Source: an uncultured Gemmatimonadales bacterium
GTDB taxonomy: Bacteria; Gemmatimonadota; Gemmatimonadetes; Gemmatimonadales; GWC2-71-9
Assembly: GCA_963779755.1 (NCBI GenBank)
Contig: CAVZZO010000001.1
Location: 736,001-800,000 of the forward strand
Direction of reading: 5' to 3'
DNA: 64,000 nucleotides
The position numbers were made by a program, and so were the translations under genes. Under the pieces are notes generated by a model. It was not told where the DNA came from. It saw nothing but the letters and a program-made list of their open reading frames with translations, and did not search any database. How positions within the stretch are numbered: the stretch's first letter is position 1; every line of letters starts with the position of its first letter. Below, in pieces: positions 46,645-54,922 of this stretch.

Positions 46645-47064
46645 TTACCGGTCGTCCGATCTCCGCAGCACCGGCTTCACGTCCACCACCGGGGTGCCGT
46701 CGATGGCCTCGAGCGGCTCAACCTGAAGCCAGTCCGGCCCCGCCTCCAGAATCCGGACCCGGTGCAGCCCGATGGGGTTGGGCCGGTCGGGTGAGCGGGT
46801 GGCAAATACGCCGGTGAGCGGATTGGCGGGATCGCTTCGGGGATGCACCACCAGAGTGTCGCGCCGGGCACGGTCCAGCCAGGTGAGCAGGATGACCTCC
46901 TGCCCCGCGGCGAGTCCTTCCAGCGCAGCGATAAGCCGGGGATCGAACTCGACCCGGGCTCCGGGTGCGCCCTCGTACCCCTGCATCGGAGCGCGAGAGC
47001 GCTCGGTCAGGGTCGACCGGACGGTGCCGACCGGATGCAGAACGGGGAGCTCATCGGCCGTCAT
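46645..47064 (-). CDS. tsaA: TsaA/TrmO-like SAM-binding tRNA methyltransferase family
   Basis: GVFATRSPDRPNPIGL and DGTPVVDVKP; ATGA-coupled start. Confidence 0.85.
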   Translation of the reverse strand: MTADELPVLHPVGTVRSTLTERSRAPMQGYEGAPGARVEFDPRLIAALEGLAAGQEVILLTWLDRARRDTLVVHPRSDPANPLTGVFATRSPDRPNPIGLHRVRILEAGPDWLQVEPLEAIDGTPVVDVKPVLRRSDDR

Positions 47065-47471
47065 GTGCCCTCCGGGCGCATGGTGTAGCACCACGCTTCG
47101 CCCTCCAGCACCATCTCTCCCGTCTGCCGGATGACCACCATGCGGAGCTGTGTCACCGGCTTGGTCGGGTGGACGCTGAGCACTTCGCCGGTGGCGGTGA
47201 TGGTATCCCCGATGTACACGGGACCGGTGAACTTCCACTGCTGGCTCATGAACACCGAGCCTGGGCCCGGGAGATCCATGGCCACCAGCGCGTGTAGCAG
47301 GCCGGTGGTGAGGCCGCCCTGCACCACCAGGCCGCCGAATTTCGTGCCCCGGGCGAAGGCCTCGTCGAAGTGCAGCGGATTGTAGTCGCCCGTAAGCTCC
47401 GCAAAGGTCCTCACGTGCGCCTGGGTGAGCGTGAGGGAGCGCCGGGCGGTCTGGCCCACCTGCAGGGACAT
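47061..47471 (-). CDS. MaoC family (R)-hydratase/dehydratase
   Basis: FAELTGDYNPLH, PGPGS and PVYIGDT motifs. Confidence 0.92.
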   Translation of the reverse strand: MSLQVGQTARRSLTLTQAHVRTFAELTGDYNPLHFDEAFARGTKFGGLVVQGGLTTGLLHALVAMDLPGPGSVFMSQQWKFTGPVYIGDTITATGEVLSVHPTKPVTQLRMVVIRQTGEMVLEGEAWCYTMRPEGT

Positions 47472-47498
47472 GAGGTTCCTCCGGTCCGATGAAGCGTT

Positions 47499-47651
47499 CT
47501 AGCCCTTCTGCTTGAAGTACTGCACTTGGCGTTCGTGCTTCTCGGCCGCCTTTCGCGTCGTGAAGGTGCCGAGGGTCCGACGCTTGCCGGTCTTCGGGTT
47601 CTTCTTCTTGGAGTAGAGCCGGTACTTGCCGTCGGCGAGTTTGCGGATCAT
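47499..47651 (-). CDS. 50-aa highly basic conserved small protein (below the ORF-track cutoff)
   Basis: AGGAGG RBS; MIRKLADGKYRLYSKKKNPKTGKRRTLGTFTTRKAAEKHERQVQYFKQKG*. Confidence 0.8.
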   Translation of the reverse strand: MIRKLADGKYRLYSKKKNPKTGKRRTLGTFTTRKAAEKHERQVQYFKQKG

Positions 47652-47688
47652 GGATGCCTCCTGGCCGGGTACTGTATCATAGTCTCGG

Positions 47689-47722
47689 AGGACGGCAGGA
47701 CGGCAGGACGACAGGACGGCAG
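47689..47722. repeat. 8-nt tandem repeat (ggacggca, about four copies)
   Basis: AGGACGGCAGGACGGCAGGACGACAGGACGGCAG. Confidence 0.75.
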
Positions 47723-47723
47723 G

Positions 47724-48167
47724 TCAGGGGGTCAGCGCGGCCGCGCCGGCCTGTGCCACCCGGGCATCCTGGTGGGACTGCATGCCGGACACGCCGATGG
47801 AGCCGATGACCTTCCCCTCTTCGATCAGGGGGATGCCGCCCTCCAGGGGAATGGCCGTCTGCACGCCGAGGAGGCGGAGACCGATACCCCCCTCGGCAAT
47901 CGCGTCCTGGAGAATTTTGGTGGGCCGGCGAAAGTCCACCGCCGTCTGCGCCTTGGCCTGGGCAATCGCCACGCTGGCGTGCTGAGTCCCGTCCAGGCGC
48001 TGGAAGAGCAGCAGGTGGCCCGTGCTGTCCATGATGGCAATGGCCATGGGCCAGCCCTGGCGCAGCGCCTCGGCTTCGGCCGCGGCCATGACCTGCCTGG
48101 CGCGGGCCAGGGAAAGCGGTGGACCATAGGCCGGGGTGGCAGGGAGACGGGTCGGGTCGGCTGACAT
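47724..48167 (-). CDS. GlcG/HbpS family haem-binding protein
   Basis: IAIMDSTGHL, AQAKAQTA, GGIPL and IGSIGVSG...D motifs. Confidence 0.9.
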   Translation of the reverse strand: MSADPTRLPATPAYGPPLSLARARQVMAAAEAEALRQGWPMAIAIMDSTGHLLLFQRLDGTQHASVAIAQAKAQTAVDFRRPTKILQDAIAEGGIGLRLLGVQTAIPLEGGIPLIEEGKVIGSIGVSGMQSHQDARVAQAGAAALTP

Positions 48168-48278
48168 GAGGAATACTCCGTTCACGGCGTTCTGAAACCT
48201 CCAGGGGGAAAATAGCCGTACTGGGGCGGACCATCTTCCGCCGATAGCCATCGCTGCCCGGCGCCAGGGAGAACATCC

Positions 48279-48776
48279 ATGCGACGCTTGCCCGTCATCC
48301 GCAGGGCCATCCCGGCCCTGCTCCTGCTTCTGGCCATGCCCTCCTGCGCGCCGCGGGCGCCCGAACCCGCGGCCGTCCTGCCGGAGGGCGGGGGGTATGA
48401 TCCCGCCCTGGCCGCGAGGCTCGGCGCGGACCAATACGGCATGCATCCCTACGTGCTGGCCCTGCTTCGAGCCGGGCCCAAACGCAACCAGGACTCCGCC
48501 ACGGCCGCGGCCCTGCTGCGGGCCCACCTGGCCAACATCACGCGGCTGGCGCGGGAAGGGAAGCTGGTGCTGGCCGGGCCGTTCCTCGAGGACGGCGATC
48601 TCCAGGGGATCTACGTGTTCAACGTTGCGTCAGTGGTGGAGGCTCGGGCGCTCACCGAAACCGATCCGGCCATCCGGGCCGGCCGTCTGGTGATGGAGCT
48701 GCATCCGTGGTACGGCAGCGCGGCCCTGCAGGAACTGAACGCCCTCCACTCTCGGGTGAGCCGGGAGAATCCGTGA
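48279..48776 (+). CDS. YciI family lipoprotein
   Basis: LGADQYGM, HLANI, LAGPF and DPAIRAG motifs. Confidence 0.85.
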   Translation: MRRLPVIRRAIPALLLLLAMPSCAPRAPEPAAVLPEGGGYDPALAARLGADQYGMHPYVLALLRAGPKRNQDSATAAALLRAHLANITRLAREGKLVLAGPFLEDGDLQGIYVFNVASVVEARALTETDPAIRAGRLVMELHPWYGSAALQELNALHSRVSRENP

Positions 48777-48910
48777 GAACAACGGGAATGGGAGAACTGG
48801 CGGTGGCGCCCCGGGGATACGCCCCGGTACGGAATACGGCCACCGGCCCGCGTCAACCTTTCGACGCTGCAGATTGTCTAACCGCCTGATTCCTCCGCAG
48901 GTGGTACCCC

Positions 48911-51442
48911 GTGATCCCGGTTGCTGGTGTGCTTCTCATGCTGCAGGCCCAGGCGCTGGCCCCGGCCCCGCCGCCGGCCACCTCGGTGCGGGCCACGCGC
49001 GCCACCGTTGCGCCCGTCATCGATGGGCGGGACACCGACGCCGTCTGGCGCACCGCTCCCGCCATTTCCGAATTTCTGGAAGCCCGCCCGAGCGAGGGTG
49101 CCGAGCCCCGGCTGCCGACCGAGGCGCGGGTGGCGTACGATGCGCACAACCTGTACGTCTTCGTCCGTGCCTACGATTCCCATCCGGACAGCATCGTCAG
49201 CCTGCTGTCCCGTCGGGACGATCTGCCGGCCTCCGACCACATCACCCTGCTCCTGGATTCCTACCACGACCGGCGGACCGGGTTCGAATTCGCGGTCAAT
49301 CCGGCGGGCGTCAAGGCCGATTACGCCATCTATAATGACGGCAACGAGGATGCGGCCTGGGACGCGGTCTGGGACGCGGCCACCCGTGTGGACTCGCTGG
49401 GCTGGACGGTGGAGTACCGGATTCCCCTCTCCCAGCTTCGCTACTCCACCTCCGGTGACGCCACGTTCGGGATTCTGATCTGGCGGGTCATCGAACGATA
49501 TACCGAGGTGGTCACCTGGCCTCTCTACCGGCAGTCGAGGTCCGGCTTCGTCTCCCAGTTCGGCCAGTTGACCGGCCTGCGGGGCCTGGGAAGCCCCAAT
49601 CATGTGGAGCTCATGCCCTACATGGTGAGCAAGAATGTCCAGATACCGGAACCGGGCGGCTTCGGGCGTGACCAGCAGATCACCGCAGGCGGCGACCTGC
49701 GATACAAGATGGGCTCCAACCTGCTCCTCAACGCAACGGTGAATCCCGATTTCGGGCAGGTCGAGGCCGATCCGTCGGTGCTCAACCTGGGTGCCTTCGA
49801 GACCTTCTTTCAGGAACGCCGGCCCTTCTTTGTGGAAGGGAAAGGGCTGTTCGACTTCCCGGTCAACTGCGTGGTGGTGGTAGACTGCAACACGGGCGAG
49901 GGGTTGTTCTACTCCCGCCGGATCGGGCGGGCGCCGGAGCTAGCCGACATCTACGGCAATCAGTCCTCCGCTACCGCGACGCGGATTCTGGGGGCGGGCA
50001 AGGTGACGGGTCGGTTACCCGGCGGCTTTTCCATCGGGGCGCTCGATGCGGTCACCGATCATGTGGCGGGTCCCGGCGGCACCACCCTGGAGCCCACGAC
50101 CAACTATGCCGTAATTCGGGGAAACCAGGACTACGCGTCGGGCAACGGGAACGTGGGGGTCATGCTGACCGGCGTGAACCGCTGGCTGGACGCCAGTTCG
50201 GACCCCTATCTGCACCACACCGCCTACAGCGGCGGACTGGATGCCCGGCGCCGGTTTGCCGGCCGGTTCGAGGTCTCGGGCTCGTTCGACCTTAGCCGGG
50301 TGACCGGCACGCCGGCGGCGATCGCGGCAACCCAGCGGAGCACGGTCCATCTCTACCAGCGGCCGGACGGCCATCTGGTGTACGACTCTACCCGCACGTC
50401 CCTCACCGGCACCAATCTGGAAGTGCGCTTCGCCAAGGTCGGCGGCCGGCGGCTCCAGTTCGAGACGGCCTACCAGCACCGCTCGCCCGGCTTCGAGGTC
50501 AATGATCTGGGGTTCCTGCGGCAGGCCGACTTCCAGGCCTGGACCACCTGGGCAGCCCTGGCGTTCCGCACCCCCAATCGGGTGTTCCAGTCGTTGCGGT
50601 GGAACTTCAACAACTGGGAGTACTGGAATACCGCCGGGCTCCCGACCGAGCGGGCCTTCAACACCAATGTGCACGTCCAGTTCAACAACCGCTGGTGGCT
50701 GCACGCCGGCGGCACGGCGGGGCAGCTGGGCTCCACCTACTGCGACCGCTGCGCCCGCGGGGGTCCGGCCATCCGGCAGGATCCCTATATCTCGCCCTGG
50801 GCCGGCATCGAGGGCGACAGCCGGCACGCGCTGGTGCCCTACTTGTGGGTGAACTATTACCGGGGCGACCAGGGCCGCTCCGAGTCCATCAGTCTCGAGC
50901 CGGAACTGGACCTGAAGGTCTCCAGCCGCTTCACCACCTCCCTCAGCGCGCGCTGGTCTCATAATCGCGACCACACACAGTACTACGGCACCTTCACCGA
51001 CCCGGCGGGCGGCCCGCACTACACCTTCGCGCACCTGGAGCAGCGTACCCTGTCCTTCACCTGGCGGCTGGGATACACCTTCACCCCCACGGCCACGCTG
51101 CAGGTCTACGCGTCACCCTTCATCTCGAAGGGCACCTACGGCGATATCCGGGAGCTGGGCTCGCCCCGGGCCGCGGCCTACGACGCCCGCTTCCAGCCCT
51201 ACGGCGATTCCACCGTATCGGCCGATCCGGGCGGCTTCAACGTGCAGCAGTTCCGCTCTAACGTGGTGTTCCGCTGGGAGTACCGGCCGGGTTCAACCCT
51301 GTTCCTGGTCTGGAGCCAGGGTCGGGACGGCTTTGCCCCGCTGGAAGGCACCGACGGCTTCGGGCGGAATCTGGGGAATCTGTTCGACCGGCGGGCGAAC
51401 GATACCTTCCTGATCAAGCTGTCGTACTGGTTTGCGAGGTAG
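48911..51442 (+). CDS. CBM9-like plus DUF5916-like outer-membrane protein
   Basis: PVIDG..D..W, WTVEYRIPLSQLRY, TVNPDFGQVEAD, ERRPFFVEG and LFYSRRIG; C-terminal KLSYWF. Confidence 0.85.
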   Translation: MIPVAGVLLMLQAQALAPAPPPATSVRATRATVAPVIDGRDTDAVWRTAPAISEFLEARPSEGAEPRLPTEARVAYDAHNLYVFVRAYDSHPDSIVSLLSRRDDLPASDHITLLLDSYHDRRTGFEFAVNPAGVKADYAIYNDGNEDAAWDAVWDAATRVDSLGWTVEYRIPLSQLRYSTSGDATFGILIWRVIERYTEVVTWPLYRQSRSGFVSQFGQLTGLRGLGSPNHVELMPYMVSKNVQIPEPGGFGRDQQITAGGDLRYKMGSNLLLNATVNPDFGQVEADPSVLNLGAFETFFQERRPFFVEGKGLFDFPVNCVVVVDCNTGEGLFYSRRIGRAPELADIYGNQSSATATRILGAGKVTGRLPGGFSIGALDAVTDHVAGPGGTTLEPTTNYAVIRGNQDYASGNGNVGVMLTGVNRWLDASSDPYLHHTAYSGGLDARRRFAGRFEVSGSFDLSRVTGTPAAIAATQRSTVHLYQRPDGHLVYDSTRTSLTGTNLEVRFAKVGGRRLQFETAYQHRSPGFEVNDLGFLRQADFQAWTTWAALAFRTPNRVFQSLRWNFNNWEYWNTAGLPTERAFNTNVHVQFNNRWWLHAGGTAGQLGSTYCDRCARGGPAIRQDPYISPWAGIEGDSRHALVPYLWVNYYRGDQGRSESISLEPELDLKVSSRFTTSLSARWSHNRDHTQYYGTFTDPAGGPHYTFAHLEQRTLSFTWRLGYTFTPTATLQVYASPFISKGTYGDIRELGSPRAAAYDARFQPYGDSTVSADPGGFNVQQFRSNVVFRWEYRPGSTLFLVWSQGRDGFAPLEGTDGFGRNLGNLFDRRANDTFLIKLSYWFAR

Positions 51443-51511
51443 GAATCGGGAATCGGGAATCGGGAATCAGGGATCGGGAATCAGGAATCAGGAATCAGGA
51501 ATCAGGAATCA
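51442..51511. repeat. Heptamer tandem array, 10 copies of GGAATC(A/G)
   Basis: Directly visible; fills the whole gap between two convergent stop codons. Confidence 0.95.
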
Positions 51512-51970
51512 GGGGCCGGCCGCTCCCTCGCCGGGAGCGAGGGGGAAGGTGAACATCACTGACGAGGCCGGCTCCTCCTCCCCTCCCGCACGGCGGTAGA
51601 TCCGGAGAGCCGGGGCATTCGCCGGGCTGGTCAGCACCCAGGCCTGCCGGCAGCCGAGGGCGCGCCCGTGCGCCAGCAGCGCCTGGAGCACCTGCCTCCC
51701 GATGCCGCGGCCCCGGTAGTCGTCGGCCACCCCCACCTCGTTAATGAACAGCTCCGCCGGTTTGTCCGGGTGGATGTAGTGGATGCCCGAGGCGATGCCG
51801 ACGACGAGGCCGTCCGCCAGCGCGACGATCAGATGATGGCGCGGATCGGCGAGAAACTCCGCCGTGAGGCCGTCGTCGGCCGCGCCGTCGAACACGCCTG
51901 GCGCCACGCGCCGCAGCAGGGCGGCATCGCGGGAGGCCAGCAGCCGGATATCCAGGCCGTCGGTCGTCAT
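51509..51970 (-). CDS. GNAT N-acetyltransferase
   Basis: INEVGV..YRGRGIG acetyl-CoA motif; N..A..IY. Confidence 0.88.
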   Translation of the reverse strand: MTTDGLDIRLLASRDAALLRRVAPGVFDGAADDGLTAEFLADPRHHLIVALADGLVVGIASGIHYIHPDKPAELFINEVGVADDYRGRGIGRQVLQALLAHGRALGCRQAWVLTSPANAPALRIYRRAGGEEEPASSVMFTFPLAPGEGAAGP

Positions 51971-52174
51971 GGGCTTCGTGGCAGGAGGTTGTCCGGGGAC
52001 TGGACGCGTGCCCGCGCCAGGCCTGCCGGGGCACACACCCAGATGCGGCCGCGACCGGAAATGCGCAAGAGGAAAAGGTTGCGTTTTCCCGGCCCGGTCC
52101 CGAGGTTGAGGCGCTCCCCCTCCCCCCGTCCCCTCCGCCCGTGCGGGCGGCCTCCCCCGACCGGAGGTGGTCCC

Positions 52175-53287
52175 ATGCTCGCCGTGCCCAGGCTCTGCGC
52201 GCTCATGTTGTTGATCGCCGGCTGTGCCGCAACGGACAGCTCTCATCCCGCGCCTGCTACCCGCACCTATTACATCGCTGCCGATGTCGTACCCTGGGAT
52301 TACGTGCCCGGTGGAATGAACGGCATTACCGGCAAGCCCTATGCCGACTCCGCCTTCGTCAAAGGCGGCGCCCGAGCGGTCAGCAGCATCTATCGCAAGG
52401 TGCTGTACCGCGAGTACACCGACAGCAGCTTCGGCGCGCTGAAGCCGCGGGAGGCAAAATGGCAGCACCTGGGCTTTCTCGGCCCGGTGATCCGGGGCGT
52501 GGTGGGTGATACCATCAGGGTCGTGTTCCGGAACAACGGACCCCAGCCGTTCAGCGTGCATCCGCATGGGGTGTTCTACGACAAGTCCTCAGAGGGCGCG
52601 CCCTATGAGGACGGGACGGCGAGCGCGGACAAGGCGGATGATGCGGTGCCACCGGGCGGGACCCACACCTACGTCTGGCCGGTGCCGGAGCGGGCCGGCC
52701 CCGCACCGGGCGAGGGTAGTTCGGTGATGTGGATGTATCACTCGCACACCGACGAAACCCGGGACATCAACAGCGGCCTCCTCGGTGTGATGCTGGTGAC
52801 CGCCCGGGATCATGCGCGGGCGGACGGCAGCCCGGACGATGTGGACCGGGAGATCGTCGCTACCTTCGCGCAGGTGCATGAAGAGGATAGCTGGCTCGCC
52901 GGGCAGAATATCCCCACGGCGCTGCTCAAGGCCGGGCCCGCTGCGAACCCCGCGGAGCGGCAGAACTTTTATCCCTGGTTCGTCAAGTTCAGCATCAACG
53001 GGTATATCCATGGCACGCTGCCGCTGGCATCGGTCACCCTGCGCCGCGGTGAGCATGTACGCTGGTACATCATGGGCTCCACCAATGATTTCGACTTCCA
53101 TACGCCGCACTGGCACGGCAACACCGTCACCATCAACCACTCACGGATGGACGTGACCTCCATCCTGCCGATGCAGATGGTGACGGCGGATATGGTGCCC
53201 GACAATCCCGGCACCTGGCTCTTCCACTGCCACGTGTCCTTTCACAACGCGGCGGGCATGGCGATGCGGTATCGGGTGGTAGAGTAG
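52175..53287 (+). CDS. Two-domain multicopper oxidase lipoprotein, ceruloplasmin/hephaestin A-domain-like
   Basis: GGAGG RBS; lipobox IAGC; TYYIAA..WDY, YREYTD, HLGFLGPVI, HPHG, YHSH, HTPHWHG and HCHVSFHNAAGM. Confidence 0.9.
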   Translation: MLAVPRLCALMLLIAGCAATDSSHPAPATRTYYIAADVVPWDYVPGGMNGITGKPYADSAFVKGGARAVSSIYRKVLYREYTDSSFGALKPREAKWQHLGFLGPVIRGVVGDTIRVVFRNNGPQPFSVHPHGVFYDKSSEGAPYEDGTASADKADDAVPPGGTHTYVWPVPERAGPAPGEGSSVMWMYHSHTDETRDINSGLLGVMLVTARDHARADGSPDDVDREIVATFAQVHEEDSWLAGQNIPTALLKAGPAANPAERQNFYPWFVKFSINGYIHGTLPLASVTLRRGEHVRWYIMGSTNDFDFHTPHWHGNTVTINHSRMDVTSILPMQMVTADMVPDNPGTWLFHCHVSFHNAAGMAMRYRVVE

Positions 53288-53296
53288 GCGGGTATC

Positions 53297-53321
53297 CGGC
53301 CCGGCCGGGGGGACCGGGCCG
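53297..53321. terminator. Hairpin between convergent genes
   Basis: CGGCCCGG...CCGGGCCG 8-bp stem. Confidence 0.4.
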
Positions 53322-53651
53322 TCAGTCCAGCGGCTCCGGACTCCCCCCGGAATCATCCGGTTGGGCCTCGATGACGCCGGACTGAACCACCTGGACCGGA
53401 TAGCCGTCCAGCGTCGTCGGGAGTTGCCGCCGGAGGTCTGGAGAATCCTGCGCCACCAGGATCTGCACGGCCGGTTTCCCGTGGAGCTCCCCCTCGCCCA
53501 CCCCCACCACGCCCGGGATCGCCATCAGGCTGTCGGTGTGGCGGGCCAGCACCTGGCCGATGGTCATCGCGGGGGGCTTGCCGCCTGCCGGCCCGGACGG
53601 GCGGCAGGCGGCGAGCAGAAGCAGCAACAACGCGACACGTCGCGAACTCAC
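53322..53651 (-). CDS. Small lipoprotein resembling the prodomain of the adjacent protease
   Basis: Lipobox LAAC; LMAIPGVVGVG...LPTTLDGYPVQVVQSG; GTGA-coupled start. Confidence 0.75.
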   Translation of the reverse strand: MSSRRVALLLLLLAACRPSGPAGGKPPAMTIGQVLARHTDSLMAIPGVVGVGEGELHGKPAVQILVAQDSPDLRRQLPTTLDGYPVQVVQSGVIEAQPDDSGGSPEPLD

Positions 53652-54721
53652 TTCCCGTCGATGGTGACGCCCATGGCCTGCAGCGCCGGCCCGATGGGAT
53701 TGGCGATGGTGGTGGTGGAGCTGCCGGCGAAGAGCAGGCCGACCGGATTGGCCGAGGCGTTATCGGTGACAATGAGCGAGCCGGAATCGCCGGCCCGGCT
53801 GAAGGGCCCATGCGCGCCGCTGATCACGATCTGGTTGACGAAGGTGGCCACGCCGCTGGAGTACTGCACGCTGATGGTGGCGTTGACGGCGCTGACGGTG
53901 CCCCTGTTGCACCCGGTGGTGCGGCCGCATTTCTGCACCTTCTGCCCGATGGAGGCCGAGACGGTGGTCGTGTTGGGAACGCCGTAGCCGCCGCCATAGG
54001 TCTGGTTGTCCACGGCACCGGGCCGAATCTCGGCGATGGCCACGTCCACCGTGTTGTTGCCGCTGAAGCTGATCGGCTGGAACTTCGAAAGATCGGCGAT
54101 CACATCGCTGGTGGACGCGCTGCACTGGGTGTCGTAGCGGCCCGGCTGGAGAATATCCTCTCCGATCGAGGCCGCGTTCTCCCGCGCCAGCACGTGATTG
54201 TTGCTCAGCACGTACAGATGACCTCCACCGGTGACCCGGGCACCCAGTGTCCCCGCCGAGCACTCATTCCAGTTCCCGATAGACACGCCGATAGGAACGG
54301 GCCGGGTGAACCGGCTGGTCGGATCGGTCTTGCCGCCTCCGTTGCCCTTCCCCGCCGGTTTACCGTGCGGCAGGATCGCGCTGAAGGGGCCGGTAACGCT
54401 CTGGACCACCGGAATATTGTCGAGGGTGCGGGGCATGGTGAGTCCCGGCCGCGAGGTGAAGATCACTACCGCCGGTGCGTTGCCGCTCGTCAATGTGACG
54501 CCTACACCCTCCACACCCTGCTGGCGCATCAGCCCGGGCGCATACTTGTCCTTGGCCGCGGTGGCGGCCCGCAGGTCGGGCCCCTGGGTGCCGCCGCGTG
54601 CCAGCTCCGGCGAGTTGGTGGAATTGGCCGTAGGGGTACGATCAGAAGAACAGCCGGCGGCGAGGAGCAGTGCGGCGAGAGCGAGACAAACACTCGCATG
54701 CCCCGGGAGGCGAAGGCGCAT
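53648..54721 (-). CDS. Trypsin-fold serine protease lipoprotein with an N-terminal prodomain
   Basis: Lipobox AAGC; GTLG, SNNHVL (His), DVAIA (Asp), GRTTG and GDSGS (Ser). Confidence 0.88.
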   Translation of the reverse strand: MRLRLPGHASVCLALAALLLAAGCSSDRTPTANSTNSPELARGGTQGPDLRAATAAKDKYAPGLMRQQGVEGVGVTLTSGNAPAVVIFTSRPGLTMPRTLDNIPVVQSVTGPFSAILPHGKPAGKGNGGGKTDPTSRFTRPVPIGVSIGNWNECSAGTLGARVTGGGHLYVLSNNHVLARENAASIGEDILQPGRYDTQCSASTSDVIADLSKFQPISFSGNNTVDVAIAEIRPGAVDNQTYGGGYGVPNTTTVSASIGQKVQKCGRTTGCNRGTVSAVNATISVQYSSGVATFVNQIVISGAHGPFSRAGDSGSLIVTDNASANPVGLLFAGSSTTTIANPIGPALQAMGVTIDGK

Positions 54722-54922
54722 GGGATGACCTCGAATGAATAGAACCGGTGTTTCAAACGCTGCCGCGGGTGAGACGCGGCGGTGGGCGCAAGGTCCTTGT
54801 TTTGAGGATACAAGCCGGTCCACCTCTCCGCCAGTGGGGCGGCATTCCAGGGATGCGAAAACTTGCGCGTGGTTACCGGCGCGCCCCCCTGTGAGCAAAT
54901 GCCGCCCGGGTTGGGATCTCCC

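Noticed and set aside
51509..51970. Aminoglycoside acetyltransferase
   Set aside because: The GNAT fold is clear, but substrate cannot be assigned from motifs.
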